64,000 bases of DNA from an uncultured Candidatus Bathyarchaeia archaeon (GCA_964487415.1 CAZAPQ010000126.1:2320-66319); one strand, 5' to 3'; positions 29,184 through 39,361 are shown, counted from the stretch's first letter. Notes: a model not told the origin generated them from the sequence alone. Made by a program: numbers and translations.

Positions 29184-30372
29184 CCCCAAAGAATTTGTTG
29201 AGAAAAAGGTCGAGGATATTCGCAAAGAAATCAACGGTGAAAAGGCTTTAGTGGCTATTTCAGGCGGGGTGGACAGCACAACATGCGCTGTTTTGACCCG
29301 CAAGGCCATAGGCGAAAACCTTGTTTGCGTATTTTTAGATGATGCTTTTATGCGTGAGGGTGAACCCGAACTAGTGGCTAATATTCTCTCAAGAGAGCCT
29401 TTCAATGTATCAGTGAAAATAGTCAATGTTCGCGATCGTTTTCTTGATGCTATGAAGGGCCTAAAGGATGCCGAGGAAAAGCGAAAAAAGTTTCGTGAAA
29501 CCTTTTATACAGTTTTAAGTGAAACAGCTAAAAAAGAAGGTTGTCGCGTCTTAGTTCAAGGCACAATCCGCGCTGACGTTGTAGAAACCGTTGGTGGTGT
29601 GAAAACCCAGCATAATGTCCTCGAGCAGATGGGCATAAATCCGCTTGAAAAATTCGGATTTAAAGTTGTTGAACCTCTTCTTGACCTTTACAAAGGACAG
29701 GTTAGAATGGTTGCAAGATACTTAAAATTGCCTCCAGAAATTTCTGAAAGGCAACCCTTCCCAGGGCCAGGCTTATCAGTGCGTGTTGTTGGGGAGATCC
29801 GTTTAGACAAGTTGGACACTCTGAAAAAGGCAACAGCCATTGTGGAGAGGGAACTTGAAGTGCACAGGCCAAGTCAATATTTCGCTGCAATAATTGATAA
29901 TGAGGTGTCTTCGGATCATTATCTTGACGCACATATAAAGGAAATTGCCGCTCGCTATCTTAATGTTCCACATAAAAACGTTGAAGTGAAAATCTTTAGG
30001 GACCGCGCCACAGGGGTAATAAATAAAGAAAGACGCTATGGAAAAATTGTCGGTATAAAGTGTAAGACAGAAAACGGCGGCGCCTACCAGCTTCCAATAC
30101 AAAGAATAATTGCCCTCCAGTCAAGAATAATAAACGATAATCCCGATGTAACAAGGGTTCTCTATGCTTTGAAATACCTAACGGAACATAAGCCTTATAT
30201 TATCAACATAAGGTCTATTCAGACAACGGACTTTTTGACAGCTAAGGTTTCAGAAATACCGTGGAATACCCTTAACAGAGCTGCCACGAGGATTCTCGAA
30301 AGTTGTCCGGAAGTTTCTGAAGTATACTATGATGTGACGCCTAAACCACCAGCAACAATAGAAATGGAGTAG
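29170..30372 (+). CDS. GMP synthase ATP-pyrophosphatase (subunit B)-like PP-loop ATPase with enlarged C-terminal region
   Basis: PP-loop ISGGVDSTT, VQGTIRADVVE, QHNV, RQPFPGPGLSVR, C-terminal YDVTPKPPATIEME. At 400 aa it is about 95 aa longer than typical archaeal GuaA-B. Confidence 0.7.
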   Translation: MERFDPKEFVEKKVEDIRKEINGEKALVAISGGVDSTTCAVLTRKAIGENLVCVFLDDAFMREGEPELVANILSREPFNVSVKIVNVRDRFLDAMKGLKDAEEKRKKFRETFYTVLSETAKKEGCRVLVQGTIRADVVETVGGVKTQHNVLEQMGINPLEKFGFKVVEPLLDLYKGQVRMVARYLKLPPEISERQPFPGPGLSVRVVGEIRLDKLDTLKKATAIVERELEVHRPSQYFAAIIDNEVSSDHYLDAHIKEIAARYLNVPHKNVEVKIFRDRATGVINKERRYGKIVGIKCKTENGGAYQLPIQRIIALQSRIINDNPDVTRVLYALKYLTEHKPYIINIRSIQTTDFLTAKVSEIPWNTLNRAATRILESCPEVSEVYYDVTPKPPATIEME

Positions 30373-30416
30373 TGGGTGCTAAACCTAAATAGTCCGATTC
30401 TACAAGTTTATGCTGG

Positions 30417-30749
30417 ATGGCTATGATTCGGGTTAGAGTGAACAAGATAGAATCAATCTATGATATTGATGGTAACCTTGGGAAGCGCATAGAACTTGTT
30501 GAAGAGCGTCCAACCCCACAACTTATAATCAAGCCGCACAGCGAGGAGGCAAGGCTTGTTCAGGAAGTTTTTCAAGCCCTACAGCAGCAACTCCCATTCT
30601 TTCCAGCTAGGGCGCAGCTCACAGTTCCAAAGATAATCCTGTTCCTCACAGAGCAAGAGTATGAAAGCCTAGGAATCGACTTTGACGTTAACCAAGTTTA
30701 CGAGATAACCCTAGATGGTCAAGCAATAAGATTCAAGAAAACTTCATAA
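30417..30749 (+). CDS. Hypothetical protein
   Basis: 110-aa ORF; no family recognised. Confidence 0.35.
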   Translation: MAMIRVRVNKIESIYDIDGNLGKRIELVEERPTPQLIIKPHSEEARLVQEVFQALQQQLPFFPARAQLTVPKIILFLTEQEYESLGIDFDVNQVYEITLDGQAIRFKKTS

Positions 30750-31086
30750 TTTCCCTTCGAATCCTTTTTAGGGCAGAGTACCTTGGATGAAAAGATAGCA
30801 GAAACATCATACCCCTTAAAGCTTTACAGATACTTTCTACACTTGGATCCTGATTTTTGTCACAGTAAAGCGGTATAGGCTCCCCATTTCCATCTTTAAA
30901 GTAAATGTAAAGCGTAGCATAGAACGTATCCCGCGTCTCCTTCAATTTTATGACTTCGACGTCTAAGCGAAGTTTCTTAGCCATTTTCCTAACGGCAGCG
31001 CTAACAGATCTTAACCTTTTTCTTTCATAATTGCCTGAAGAGTAAATTAGCAACTTCCCACAATTAATGTTCAAGGGTTTCACCAA
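30733..31086 (-). CDS. Hypothetical protein
   Basis: 117-aa ORF; its 3' end overlaps the 30417..30749 ORF by 17 nt in convergent orientation. Confidence 0.35.
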   Translation of the reverse strand: MVKPLNINCGKLLIYSSGNYERKRLRSVSAAVRKMAKKLRLDVEVIKLKETRDTFYATLYIYFKDGNGEPIPLYCDKNQDPSVESICKALRGMMFLLSFHPRYSALKRIRREIMKFS

Positions 31087-31197
31087 AAGTGATTTTTAAG
31101 TCTCTATTTTTAAGATGGTTGGTGAATCAACAGGTTTGCACATGGAGAGAGTTAAGTTAAAGTGAAAAATCTAAGATTATTTTGCTCCTAAGGCGGC

Positions 31198-31482
31198 GTG
31201 AAGATGTTGAAAATTAGAGCTCATGTATTTGTAAGTGGACGTGTCCAAGGAGTATTCTTTAGGTCAGAGACTAGACGTGAGGCTAAAAAGCACGGCGTCA
31301 AGGGTTGGGTCCGAAATTTACCGGATGGCAGGGTTGAGGCTGTTTTTGAAGGAGACGAAGAAGCGGTCAAAAAGCTTATAGAATTTTGCAAGCGTGGGCC
31401 GCCCTATGCCAAGGTTACAAAGGTTGAAGTCCTGTGGGAAAATTATACCAGCGAGTTCAGCGATTTTGAAATAAGATATTGA
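31198..31482 (+). CDS. acyP: Acylphosphatase
   Basis: [31 protein letters not shown] signature; 94 aa. Confidence 0.85.
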   Translation: MKMLKIRAHVFVSGRVQGVFFRSETRREAKKHGVKGWVRNLPDGRVEAVFEGDEEAVKKLIEFCKRGPPYAKVTKVEVLWENYTSEFSDFEIRY

Positions 31483-31487
31483 AATTG

Positions 31488-31892
31488 TTATATTCTCTTT
31501 TTTGGAACGCGAAAGTGTGATTCCTTCCCTGCGCTTATATATTCCCCTCCAGCTTCCCGCACAATTGCAGCTATCCGTGCAAAGTTTTCTGATCCTAAAA
31601 ACTGGCGGGGCTTTATCATTATGAAGTCGCCCCTATCCTCAAATGTGAGTAGGACCCCTAAATCTTCTGGGAAAATATTTTTAACGTCGCTTATTTCAAC
31701 TTTCTCGATTTCTGTCGTTTTAGGTGCCGAAATGACCGGCGAGGGCGGGGATGGTGGGACCATCTGGGAAATTGCGATGGATTTTAATGAGGTGGAAATC
31801 GTCCTTAAATCTTCGGAAACGCTGTTTAAAACCACCAGTAACTCGTCAACTTTTTCTATGAGTTTTTCAATTTTTTCCCTCTCCATGCTCAA
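31488..31892 (-). CDS. Hypothetical protein (coiled-coil N-terminus, PPSPPSP linker, C-terminal globular domain)
   Basis: 134-aa ORF; no family recognised. Confidence 0.4.
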   Translation of the reverse strand: MSMEREKIEKLIEKVDELLVVLNSVSEDLRTISTSLKSIAISQMVPPSPPSPVISAPKTTEIEKVEISDVKNIFPEDLGVLLTFEDRGDFIMIKPRQFLGSENFARIAAIVREAGGEYISAGKESHFRVPKKRI

Positions 31893-31988
31893 GTCAAAGC
31901 CCTCTCCTAATTTTTCTTATATCCTGTTGGCGTATTTATTAATTGTTTATGCGTTTTAATATCTCCAGAAAATGGAGTTTCGGAGGAA

Positions 31989-33026
31989 ATGATTGAAATC
32001 GATGGGAGCAAGAAAAGCGGGAGTGGTACGATTCTCAGACTTTCCATAGCTTTTTCCTCCATCACTGGAAAGCCTATTCGAATATACAACATTCGACAGA
32101 ATAGACCCCCGCCTGGATTAAGGCCCCAGCATTTGGAGGCCGTTTTAACAGCTGCAAAACTTTGTAACGCTTATGTGGAAGGAGCCCGTATTTCTTCCCG
32201 TGAACTCCTGTTCGAGCCAAAAGAGATTAAGGGCGGAAAATTTGAGGCTGAAATAGGCACTGCTGGAAGCATTCCAATGCTTATTATGACCGTGCTTCCC
32301 ATATGCATATTTGCAAAGAGCACAGTCCACCTTCACATTTCGAAAGGCGGCACCGATGTCCAACATGCGCCTACAATAAACTATATGCAAAGTGTGTTTA
32401 TGCCAGTTTTAAAGCGGATGGGGATTACTGCCAGCATTACAGTGCAGAAATATGGCTATTACCCGAAAGGAATGGGTGAAGTAACCCTAACCGTTGAACC
32501 GTGCATGAAGCTAAATCCGCTAGTGTTGGAGGAGTCTGGCAACATTAAGGCAGTAAAGGGAATTTCAGTCTGCACTTTTCTGGCTGAAAGAAGGGTTGCC
32601 GAACGTCAGGCAGTCGCGGCAACTGAATATCTAAGAGAAAAAGGTTATTCGGCGGACATTCGGATAATAAATGATAGGTCAAATCCACTGCAGAGGGGCA
32701 GCTCCCTAGTCATATGGGCTGAAACTGACAAAGGTGCATTGTTGGGCGCTGATGCTATAGGCGAGCTCAAAAAGCCAAGCGAGGCTGTAGGCAGGGAGGC
32801 CGCGGAAAAGTTGTGGCTGGAAATATCCTCCGGGGCGACAGTGGATATGCACCTGGCAGACATGCTGGTGCCTTACATTGCCTTAGCAAGTGGGCGATCT
32901 ATATATTTGACAAGGATATTTTCTGACCATTTAGACTCGAATATTTGGCTTGCAGAAATTTTTCTGGGAACAAAGTTTAGAATAGAAAAAATAAAAGAAC
33001 TTTACAGAGTGGAAAAGGTGGCCTAA
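31989..33026 (+). CDS. rtcA: RNA 3'-terminal phosphate cyclase
   Basis: IEIDGSKKSGSGTILRLSIAFS..RPPPGLRPQHL motifs; GGAGG Shine-Dalgarno upstream. Confidence 0.85.
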   Translation: MIEIDGSKKSGSGTILRLSIAFSSITGKPIRIYNIRQNRPPPGLRPQHLEAVLTAAKLCNAYVEGARISSRELLFEPKEIKGGKFEAEIGTAGSIPMLIMTVLPICIFAKSTVHLHISKGGTDVQHAPTINYMQSVFMPVLKRMGITASITVQKYGYYPKGMGEVTLTVEPCMKLNPLVLEESGNIKAVKGISVCTFLAERRVAERQAVAATEYLREKGYSADIRIINDRSNPLQRGSSLVIWAETDKGALLGADAIGELKKPSEAVGREAAEKLWLEISSGATVDMHLADMLVPYIALASGRSIYLTRIFSDHLDSNIWLAEIFLGTKFRIEKIKELYRVEKVA

Positions 33027-33028
33027 TT

Positions 33029-34450
33029 TTGAAGGCTAAAATCCGCGGAATATATTCAACTGCTCTGACAAAATTACTTATGGATCATGGCTTTAAAATC
33101 CTTCAACCTTCAAAGGTCATAAAAGAGCGTTTTAATCTTCCAGACGGTGACGATGAACCTCCAGAAGTTACAATAAAGGATAGAAGCGACCTCCAGGGAA
33201 TAGTTGCTTTAGGCTCTTCCGAAGCTGTGAATTTTTTACAGACGGTCCTACAAGAGTCTCTCGAGGATGTTTTAACCAGAAAATGGAGCGTGAGTGTAGA
33301 TGGAATATATAAAGGAACCGTAGTTAAAAGAAATGAAAGAGGAGTTTACGTAGACATCGGAAACGGCGTTTTAGGTCTTATCCCTGATCATGAAGCTCCA
33401 CCGGAAGATCAAAAGGAAGTAATCGTCCAAGTTGAGCGTAAAGGAATTGGAAGGAAGATCCCCCTTCTAACAACTCGACTAAAAATTGTCGGAAAGTACG
33501 CTATTCTCATCCAAGGATGCAAAGTTGGAGTAAGCTTAAAAATTCGAGACACAAATAAGCGACTGGAACTTTACAAGCTTGGAAAGGAGTTATCTCCGGA
33601 AAACTGGGGAATAATTTGGCGTGAACCGACAGCCTATAAACCAAAAGAATTTTTAGAGCAAGAAATAGAAAAACTTTCTGAGAAAATCAGAATTTTAAGT
33701 GAGAAAGCATCCTCTAAAGAATCTTCAGGCCTAATCCTCGAAGGCCTAAGCTTTATGAATGTGGAGTTTCCCTGGTCGGCAAAGAAACAACTAGATGAGT
33801 TAAGGTCAACCGTGACACCAACAATCAAGGGACACCATTTCTTCAAAAGATGCGGAGGCCGAGTTTCAGCAGCCTTAGAAATGGCCGAAAAACTCTTAGA
33901 AAAAGAGGGCGACAAAGACAAAATTGAACAGCTTTTCAGAGAGCAAATACAATCAGAATTTCCAGAAGAAGGCTCTTTAGTAGACGTGGAGCATGTTAAA
34001 CCAAGCGGTGTAGTTTTAAACCTTGGAAAAGCAACAATAGAAGTGCTGGATGCTGAAATGATAAAGTACTATAGAACTATTAGGGCTAATGGTGTGTATG
34101 ACGGGCTTGGCGTGGAGAAAAAGGCCGGCGACAAAGCTGTAAGCGAGGCAAAACCGGGCGAGTGGTACATTATAACAAATTATTTCTCAAGCGATGCAAC
34201 TTGGAGGGGCGCTTACATAAACATAAACACACCAATTGAAGTTTATCCAAAAGCCATAAGATATATAGATTTAGAGGTGGACATCTGTGTTTCTCCTAGC
34301 GGAGAAATAAAAGTCCTAGACATGGAAAAACTTGAAAGGAATTATGAAAAGGGAATTTTAAGTGAAAAGTTATTTGAAAAAGTTGGAAAGATTGTTAAAA
34401 GCCTATTAGCAACGGACTTAATCCAGAACATTCTAGCTAACTTTATCTAG
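33029..34450 (+). CDS. FAU-1 / archaeal RNase E/G-like RNA-binding protein (S1 + DUF402)
   Basis: N-terminal KIRGIYSTALTKLLMDHGF, 473 aa, S1-like VDGIYKGTVV segment; TTG start. Confidence 0.7.
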   Translation: MKAKIRGIYSTALTKLLMDHGFKILQPSKVIKERFNLPDGDDEPPEVTIKDRSDLQGIVALGSSEAVNFLQTVLQESLEDVLTRKWSVSVDGIYKGTVVKRNERGVYVDIGNGVLGLIPDHEAPPEDQKEVIVQVERKGIGRKIPLLTTRLKIVGKYAILIQGCKVGVSLKIRDTNKRLELYKLGKELSPENWGIIWREPTAYKPKEFLEQEIEKLSEKIRILSEKASSKESSGLILEGLSFMNVEFPWSAKKQLDELRSTVTPTIKGHHFFKRCGGRVSAALEMAEKLLEKEGDKDKIEQLFREQIQSEFPEEGSLVDVEHVKPSGVVLNLGKATIEVLDAEMIKYYRTIRANGVYDGLGVEKKAGDKAVSEAKPGEWYIITNYFSSDATWRGAYININTPIEVYPKAIRYIDLEVDICVSPSGEIKVLDMEKLERNYEKGILSEKLFEKVGKIVKSLLATDLIQNILANFI

Positions 34451-34486
34451 CGTCCCACCCTTTACTAATGTAAGAGAGAATCCAAA

Positions 34487-35833
34487 TTGACTATTGACTT
34501 GGTCTTAAAGGATCTAAAAGCCTACATTGATGGTCAAGTGGTTGAGTGCTGCATAGCTATAGAAAGTGGAAGAATTTTCAAAATTGGAAGAGAGTTCCAA
34601 ATGCCCAAAGCCGACACTATTCTGAGTCTTGATGGACTTCTAGTTTTACCCGGGCTAATAGACGTTCATGTGCACCTTAGGGATGAGGGTAAAGCCTACA
34701 AGGAGGACTTCTACAGCGGCACAGCCGCAGCTGCAGCGGGTGGAATAACAACAGTTTTAGACATGCCTAACAACGATCCTGTCACGATGAGCGCTGCAAC
34801 TTTTAGAAATAGGATTGAAATTGCTAAAAGCAGAATTCTGGTTAATGTTGGCTTCTACTCTGAATTTCCAAGTGAAATTCAAGAGATCGACAATATAATT
34901 AAAGAAGGCTGCATGGCCTTCAAGCTTTTCCTAGGCGAGCAGGTTGGGGGTTTGGATATAGCTGACGATTATAAGCTGACAGCGGCCTTTAAAAGAATTG
35001 GAAATAGAGTCCCTGTGGCTGTTCACGCGGAGGACCATGAAGTTCTCAAGGCTGTTAGAGATGAGTTAAAACAAAAAGGCATTAATGGTTTGGAGGCTTT
35101 TTTTAAGGCTCATCCTGTTGAAGCAGAGGAAAAGGCTATAAAGAGGATAATAACAATTGCTGAAAGAACAGGCGTTCAAGTGCATTTTTGCCATTTGAGC
35201 TCCGAGAACGGCTTAAAGGAAGTCGTTAAAGCAAAAGCGTCTAATCTTCCTGTTTCATGCGAAGTTACTCCCCATCATATCCTTATTTCTACAAAAGAGC
35301 TGTTAAATATTGGATCTTTGGGATTGACTCTGCCGCCTGTTAGAGATATAAAGCATGTAAACGCCCTTTGGCAAGGAATCTCCAAAAAGTTTGTCGACAT
35401 CATTGCCTCCGATCATGCACCGCACGCCACGTGGGAGAAGTCTGCAAACATTATCTGGAATGTTAAAGCTGGCGTTCCAGGTTTGGAGACTACACTTTCG
35501 CTTTTGCTTAATGAAGTGAACAAGGGAAAATTGGCTCTAGCTGATGTTGTCAGATTGATGGCTGAAAATCCAGCCAAAATTTTCAGCATTAAAGATAGGG
35601 GAAGCCTAAGAGAAGGGAATAAAGCCGATCTTGTTGTTGTGGATTTGAAAAGGGAGGGCTATATAGACTCCCAAAAGTTTTATTCAAAGGCAAAGTACTC
35701 CCCTTTTGATGGTTGGAAGGTCAAGGGGAAACCAGTAAAAACTTTTGTAGGCGGTTTACTTGTTATGGACGAGGGCGAAATAGTTGGCAAAACTGGCTGC
35801 GGCGAAGCTATAAGGAGGAGCGTTAAATATTGA
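34487..35833 (+). CDS. pyrC: Dihydroorotase (amidohydrolase superfamily)
   Basis: PGLIDVHVHLRD..GGITTVLDMPN..FKLF..ASDHAPH motifs. Confidence 0.8.
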   Translation: MTIDLVLKDLKAYIDGQVVECCIAIESGRIFKIGREFQMPKADTILSLDGLLVLPGLIDVHVHLRDEGKAYKEDFYSGTAAAAAGGITTVLDMPNNDPVTMSAATFRNRIEIAKSRILVNVGFYSEFPSEIQEIDNIIKEGCMAFKLFLGEQVGGLDIADDYKLTAAFKRIGNRVPVAVHAEDHEVLKAVRDELKQKGINGLEAFFKAHPVEAEEKAIKRIITIAERTGVQVHFCHLSSENGLKEVVKAKASNLPVSCEVTPHHILISTKELLNIGSLGLTLPPVRDIKHVNALWQGISKKFVDIIASDHAPHATWEKSANIIWNVKAGVPGLETTLSLLLNEVNKGKLALADVVRLMAENPAKIFSIKDRGSLREGNKADLVVVDLKREGYIDSQKFYSKAKYSPFDGWKVKGKPVKTFVGGLLVMDEGEIVGKTGCGEAIRRSVKY

Positions 35834-36318
35834 GGTTTATCGCTGATGGAATGCTTGGAAAATTAACAAGATGGCTTCGCATGTTAGGACATAACGTAAA
35901 ATATTCAAACAAACTTGACGATCCTCAACTAATATTGATAGCTAAAAAGGAAGGGCGCATTCTTCTCACGAGGGATTTAGAGCTTTACCAACAAGCAACG
36001 GCTAAGGGTGTTCAAGCTTACTATGTTGATGGCGTAAATGAGGCGGAGGATCTGGCGAAACTTGCAAAAAGGTTCGGCATAAATCTAGATGTGGACATGA
36101 AAATATCTAGATGCCCAAAATGCAACGCGCAAGTGAAACCTGTGCCCAAAGAAAAGGTTGCTGGGAAAGTTGAAGAAACCACCTTTTCTTACTACAAGGA
36201 ATTCTGGGAATGTCCAAAGTGCGGTCAAATTTACTGGCAAGGTGCCCATTGGACAAGAATAACTAAAACCCTTGAAACTGCGAGGGAACTATTAAACAAG
36301 ATAAAAGCACAAAGATAG
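35830..36318 (+). CDS. Mut7-C (DUF82) PIN-like RNase domain protein with Zn ribbon
   Basis: FIADGMLGKLTRWLRMLGHNV..CPKCN..CPKCG. Confidence 0.7.
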   Translation: MRFIADGMLGKLTRWLRMLGHNVKYSNKLDDPQLILIAKKEGRILLTRDLELYQQATAKGVQAYYVDGVNEAEDLAKLAKRFGINLDVDMKISRCPKCNAQVKPVPKEKVAGKVEETTFSYYKEFWECPKCGQIYWQGAHWTRITKTLETARELLNKIKAQR

Positions 36319-36330
36319 CGCTGAACGATG

Positions 36331-36573
36331 TTATTTCATTTTTTCTCCTTCCAAAAGCCACTTCAGAGGTATATCTTGATAGGTTCCATCCGGCAGTGTT
36401 CTTCTAACGGTTATCGGTAGTACACCTGCTTTAAGCTCTTTTAGAGATATATCTATGGGGCTTGTGGCTCCTTCTGGAATATCAATAAGTATGGGGGCGC
36501 CCATGGCTATTTGAATCGCCCTTGCCCCCACTATCCTTGCCTTTTCGAAACGTGTTAGCTTCGGTGGGCCTAT
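36331..36573 (-). CDS. rpoK: DNA-directed RNA polymerase subunit K (Rpo6); start codon unresolved
   Basis: [38 protein letters not shown] is the Rpo6/omega signature. The only canonical start (GTG 36531) lies downstream of LTRFEKARI. The upstream end at 36573 is an ATA codon and is provisional. Confidence 0.7.
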   Translation of the reverse strand: MGPPKLTRFEKARIVGARAIQIAMGAPILIDIPEGATSPIDISLKELKAGVLPITVRRTLPDGTYQDIPLKWLLEGEKMK

Positions 36574-36603
36574 TAAAATTTTCTTCTCTATACTTGACGT
36601 ATG

Positions 36604-38256
36604 CTAATACTCCCCAGCGCCATATCCTTCAGGTGGCCCTTTGGGAGGCACTGAGGGAGCTTTGGCTTTCCCTGCAGCTATTATATCATCGATTTTCAAT
36701 ATCATAGTTGCAGCTTCGGTTGCGGATTTTATCACCTGCTTTTTCACTGAAAGCGGCTCGAAGACACCTACATCAGCCATATTTTTAATTTTTCCAGAGT
36801 TAACTTCTATTCCAGCCCATGTTTCGCCCTTTTCATGTTTTGCTCTAAGCTCGGAAAGAATATCAATGGGATCTAATCCGGCATTTTCGGTGAGGGTTGT
36901 AGGAATGGCTTCTAGGGCTTCTGCAAAGCCTTTAACGGCAAGTTGCTCTTTACCTGAGAAAGATTCCGCATATTTTCTGAGCAGCTTAGCAGTTTCAATC
37001 TCAGGGGCTCCTCCACCAGCCAAGACCTTTGGCTCTTCTACTATGTCCTTTACAACGAAAAGAGCGTCATGAATTGAGCGTTCAGCCTCGTCCACTATGC
37101 GCTCTGTTCCTCCCCTTATGAGTATTGTGACGGATCTTGGATTCTTGCATCCTTCCACAAATGTCATCTTGTCGTCGCCTATTTTACGCTCCTCTACGAG
37201 ACCTGCAAATCCAAGGTCTGATGGACTTGCATCCTCTAAGTTAGTTATTATCCTTGCTCCTGTGGCTTTTGCAAGTTTTTCCACGTCTGACTTCTTTATT
37301 CTCCTAACGGCAAGAATTCCCTTTTTAGCTAGGAAATGTTGAGCCATATCGTCTATGCCTTTCTGACATAGAACAACATTCGCCCCAATAGCCGCGATCT
37401 TTTCAACCATTTCTCTCAGCATTTCCTCTTCCTGGTTTAGGAAAGCCTCCATTTGCTCAGGGCTTTCAATATTTAGTTTTGCATCAAACTCCGTTTTTTC
37501 AATTTCCAAGGAAGTGTCCAAAAGGGCTATTTTAGCATTTTCCAAACGTTTTGGCATCCCAGGGTGAACCACTTCCTTGTCTAAAACTATGCCCCTTATG
37601 AGCTTTGTATCTCTTAGCGACTCGCCAGGTTTTTTCTCAACTTTAACATCATCTATGTCGACTTTGTATTTGCCGTCTACTCTTTCAGCAACTTGAAGAA
37701 TGGCCTCAACCGCTAATTCTGCTAAATATTCTCTGTATTCGGCCACCAGTTTGCTTGCCATCGATGTCATCGCTGCTTTTTTCAAATATTCTCTATATTC
37801 TGCAGAGTTCAGGTCTACAGGGATGGCTATTTTCTCTAAAGTTTCAAGCGCTTTCTCCATAGCCTTTTTGTATCCATCAATTATAATCGTTGGATGGATA
37901 TTTTTGTTGATGAGTTCCTCGGCTTGGCTCAGCAACTCTCCCGCGAGTATTACGGACGTTGTGGTTCCATCTCCAACTTCGTTGTCTTGAGTTTTTGCCA
38001 CCTCAACCATCATCTTCGCTGCTGGATGCTGAACATCCATTTCATCCAAAATCGTGCGGCCATCACTTGTTATTGTGACATCGCCAAAACTATCCACAAG
38101 CATCTTATCCATACCTCTGGGGCCAAGGGAACTTTTTACAGCTTCAGCTACCAATTTAGCCGCCATTATATTATTGTGTTGAGCTTCTCTTCCTCTAGTC
38201 CTACTTGAACCTTCTTTTAATATTAAGACTGGAATTCCAGCTGAGGGTGATGACAA
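36604..38256 (-). CDS. ths: Thermosome subunit (group II chaperonin)
   Basis: [40 protein letters not shown] motifs. The start is moved to TTG 38256, 7 nt behind GGAGGT. Confidence 0.92.
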   Translation of the reverse strand: MSSPSAGIPVLILKEGSSRTRGREAQHNNIMAAKLVAEAVKSSLGPRGMDKMLVDSFGDVTITSDGRTILDEMDVQHPAAKMMVEVAKTQDNEVGDGTTTSVILAGELLSQAEELINKNIHPTIIIDGYKKAMEKALETLEKIAIPVDLNSAEYREYLKKAAMTSMASKLVAEYREYLAELAVEAILQVAERVDGKYKVDIDDVKVEKKPGESLRDTKLIRGIVLDKEVVHPGMPKRLENAKIALLDTSLEIEKTEFDAKLNIESPEQMEAFLNQEEEMLREMVEKIAAIGANVVLCQKGIDDMAQHFLAKKGILAVRRIKKSDVEKLAKATGARIITNLEDASPSDLGFAGLVEERKIGDDKMTFVEGCKNPRSVTILIRGGTERIVDEAERSIHDALFVVKDIVEEPKVLAGGGAPEIETAKLLRKYAESFSGKEQLAVKGFAEALEAIPTTLTENAGLDPIDILSELRAKHEKGETWAGIEVNSGKIKNMADVGVFEPLSVKKQVIKSATEAATMILKIDDIIAAGKAKAPSVPPKGPPEGYGAGEY

Positions 38257-38300
38257 CTTAACAACCTCCCAAACGCGTCTCAAACAAAAACAGCATTACA

Positions 38301-38308
38301 ATATAAAT
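38301..38308 (-). promoter_or_regulatory. Putative TATA box of the thermosome gene
   Basis: ATTTATAT (minus-strand sense) about 45 nt upstream of the proposed TTG start. Inferred from position and composition only. Confidence 0.35.
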
Positions 38309-38392
38309 TTATCGTTTCCGTTCTTTCAGTTTCCATGACGACGACTTCGCCCTCTCTAAAAAATAGAGGTGAAATTTGCTATGAAAGGGGAT

Positions 38393-39358
38393 TTATTTCT
38401 TTAATGCGCTCTTTAGGGCTTCAAGGAGGGCTGGGATTATTTGGTATATGTCGCCTACAACAATGTAATCTGCAACTTCGAATATTGGCGCATTTGGATC
38501 CTTGTTTATTGTCACTATAACCTTTGAGTCTCTAATTCCTGCAATGTGTTGAATCATTCCTGAAACGCCGCATCCAATATATATTTCAGGCTTAACCTTC
38601 TTCCCTGATAATCCAACCCATTCGGAAAACCATTTCCTATCCTCGGCTAAAGGTCTCGTGACTCCGACATGTCCCCCTAAAATGCTGGCAAGCTCCTCGA
38701 ACATCCTGAAGTCTTCTTTTTTGGTTACACCCCGCCCGCCGCAAATCACCACTCTAGCTTCTTCAATGCGGACCTTAGCAACCTCGGCGGGTCTGACCTC
38801 GACAACTGTGGTTTTTGGCTCATCAACTTTAAAATCCAAACTGATTATGTTGGCCTGCTTGCCAAAGGGCTTAGCTTTTTCAAAGGTTCTGGGGGGCACC
38901 GTCGCAATTTGGGGTTTTGCTTGATAAGTTATTAGTGCTACTCCATTTCCACCGTAAACAATTCTAGCCGCGGTTAGCATTCCCCTTTCATCTATTTCAA
39001 ACTTGAAAGCATCCTGTACTAAGCCAGCCTTTAGCCTTGCTGCAAGTCTCGCTGCAAGCTCTCTTCCCCTTTTTGTGGAACCTATCAGAATTATTTCAGG
39101 GGAACGCCTCGCAGCCAATTCCATGAAAACACTTAAATACGGTTCCGTTTGAAGGCTCTTAAAGACCGGGTTATCCATGAAATAAACTTTGTCCACATTA
39201 TGTTTCGCTATTTCCTCAACTTGTTCTTTAATGTTGCATCCTAGAGTTATAGCCGAAAGCTCTGTCTGAAGTCTATCCGCAAGCTTCCTGCCTTCGCTTA
39301 ACATTTCAAGGGCTAGGTCTAAATTTTCTGAGAAAACCCAAACTTCCCCTGTGCTCAT
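38393..39358 (-). CDS. etfA: Electron transfer flavoprotein alpha subunit
   Basis: 321 aa; C-terminal FAD domain with GGRG..IYIGCGVSGMIQHIAG. Confidence 0.85.
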   Translation of the reverse strand: MSTGEVWVFSENLDLALEMLSEGRKLADRLQTELSAITLGCNIKEQVEEIAKHNVDKVYFMDNPVFKSLQTEPYLSVFMELAARRSPEIILIGSTKRGRELAARLAARLKAGLVQDAFKFEIDERGMLTAARIVYGGNGVALITYQAKPQIATVPPRTFEKAKPFGKQANIISLDFKVDEPKTTVVEVRPAEVAKVRIEEARVVICGGRGVTKKEDFRMFEELASILGGHVGVTRPLAEDRKWFSEWVGLSGKKVKPEIYIGCGVSGMIQHIAGIRDSKVIVTINKDPNAPIFEVADYIVVGDIYQIIPALLEALKSALKK

Positions 39359-39361
39359 TTT

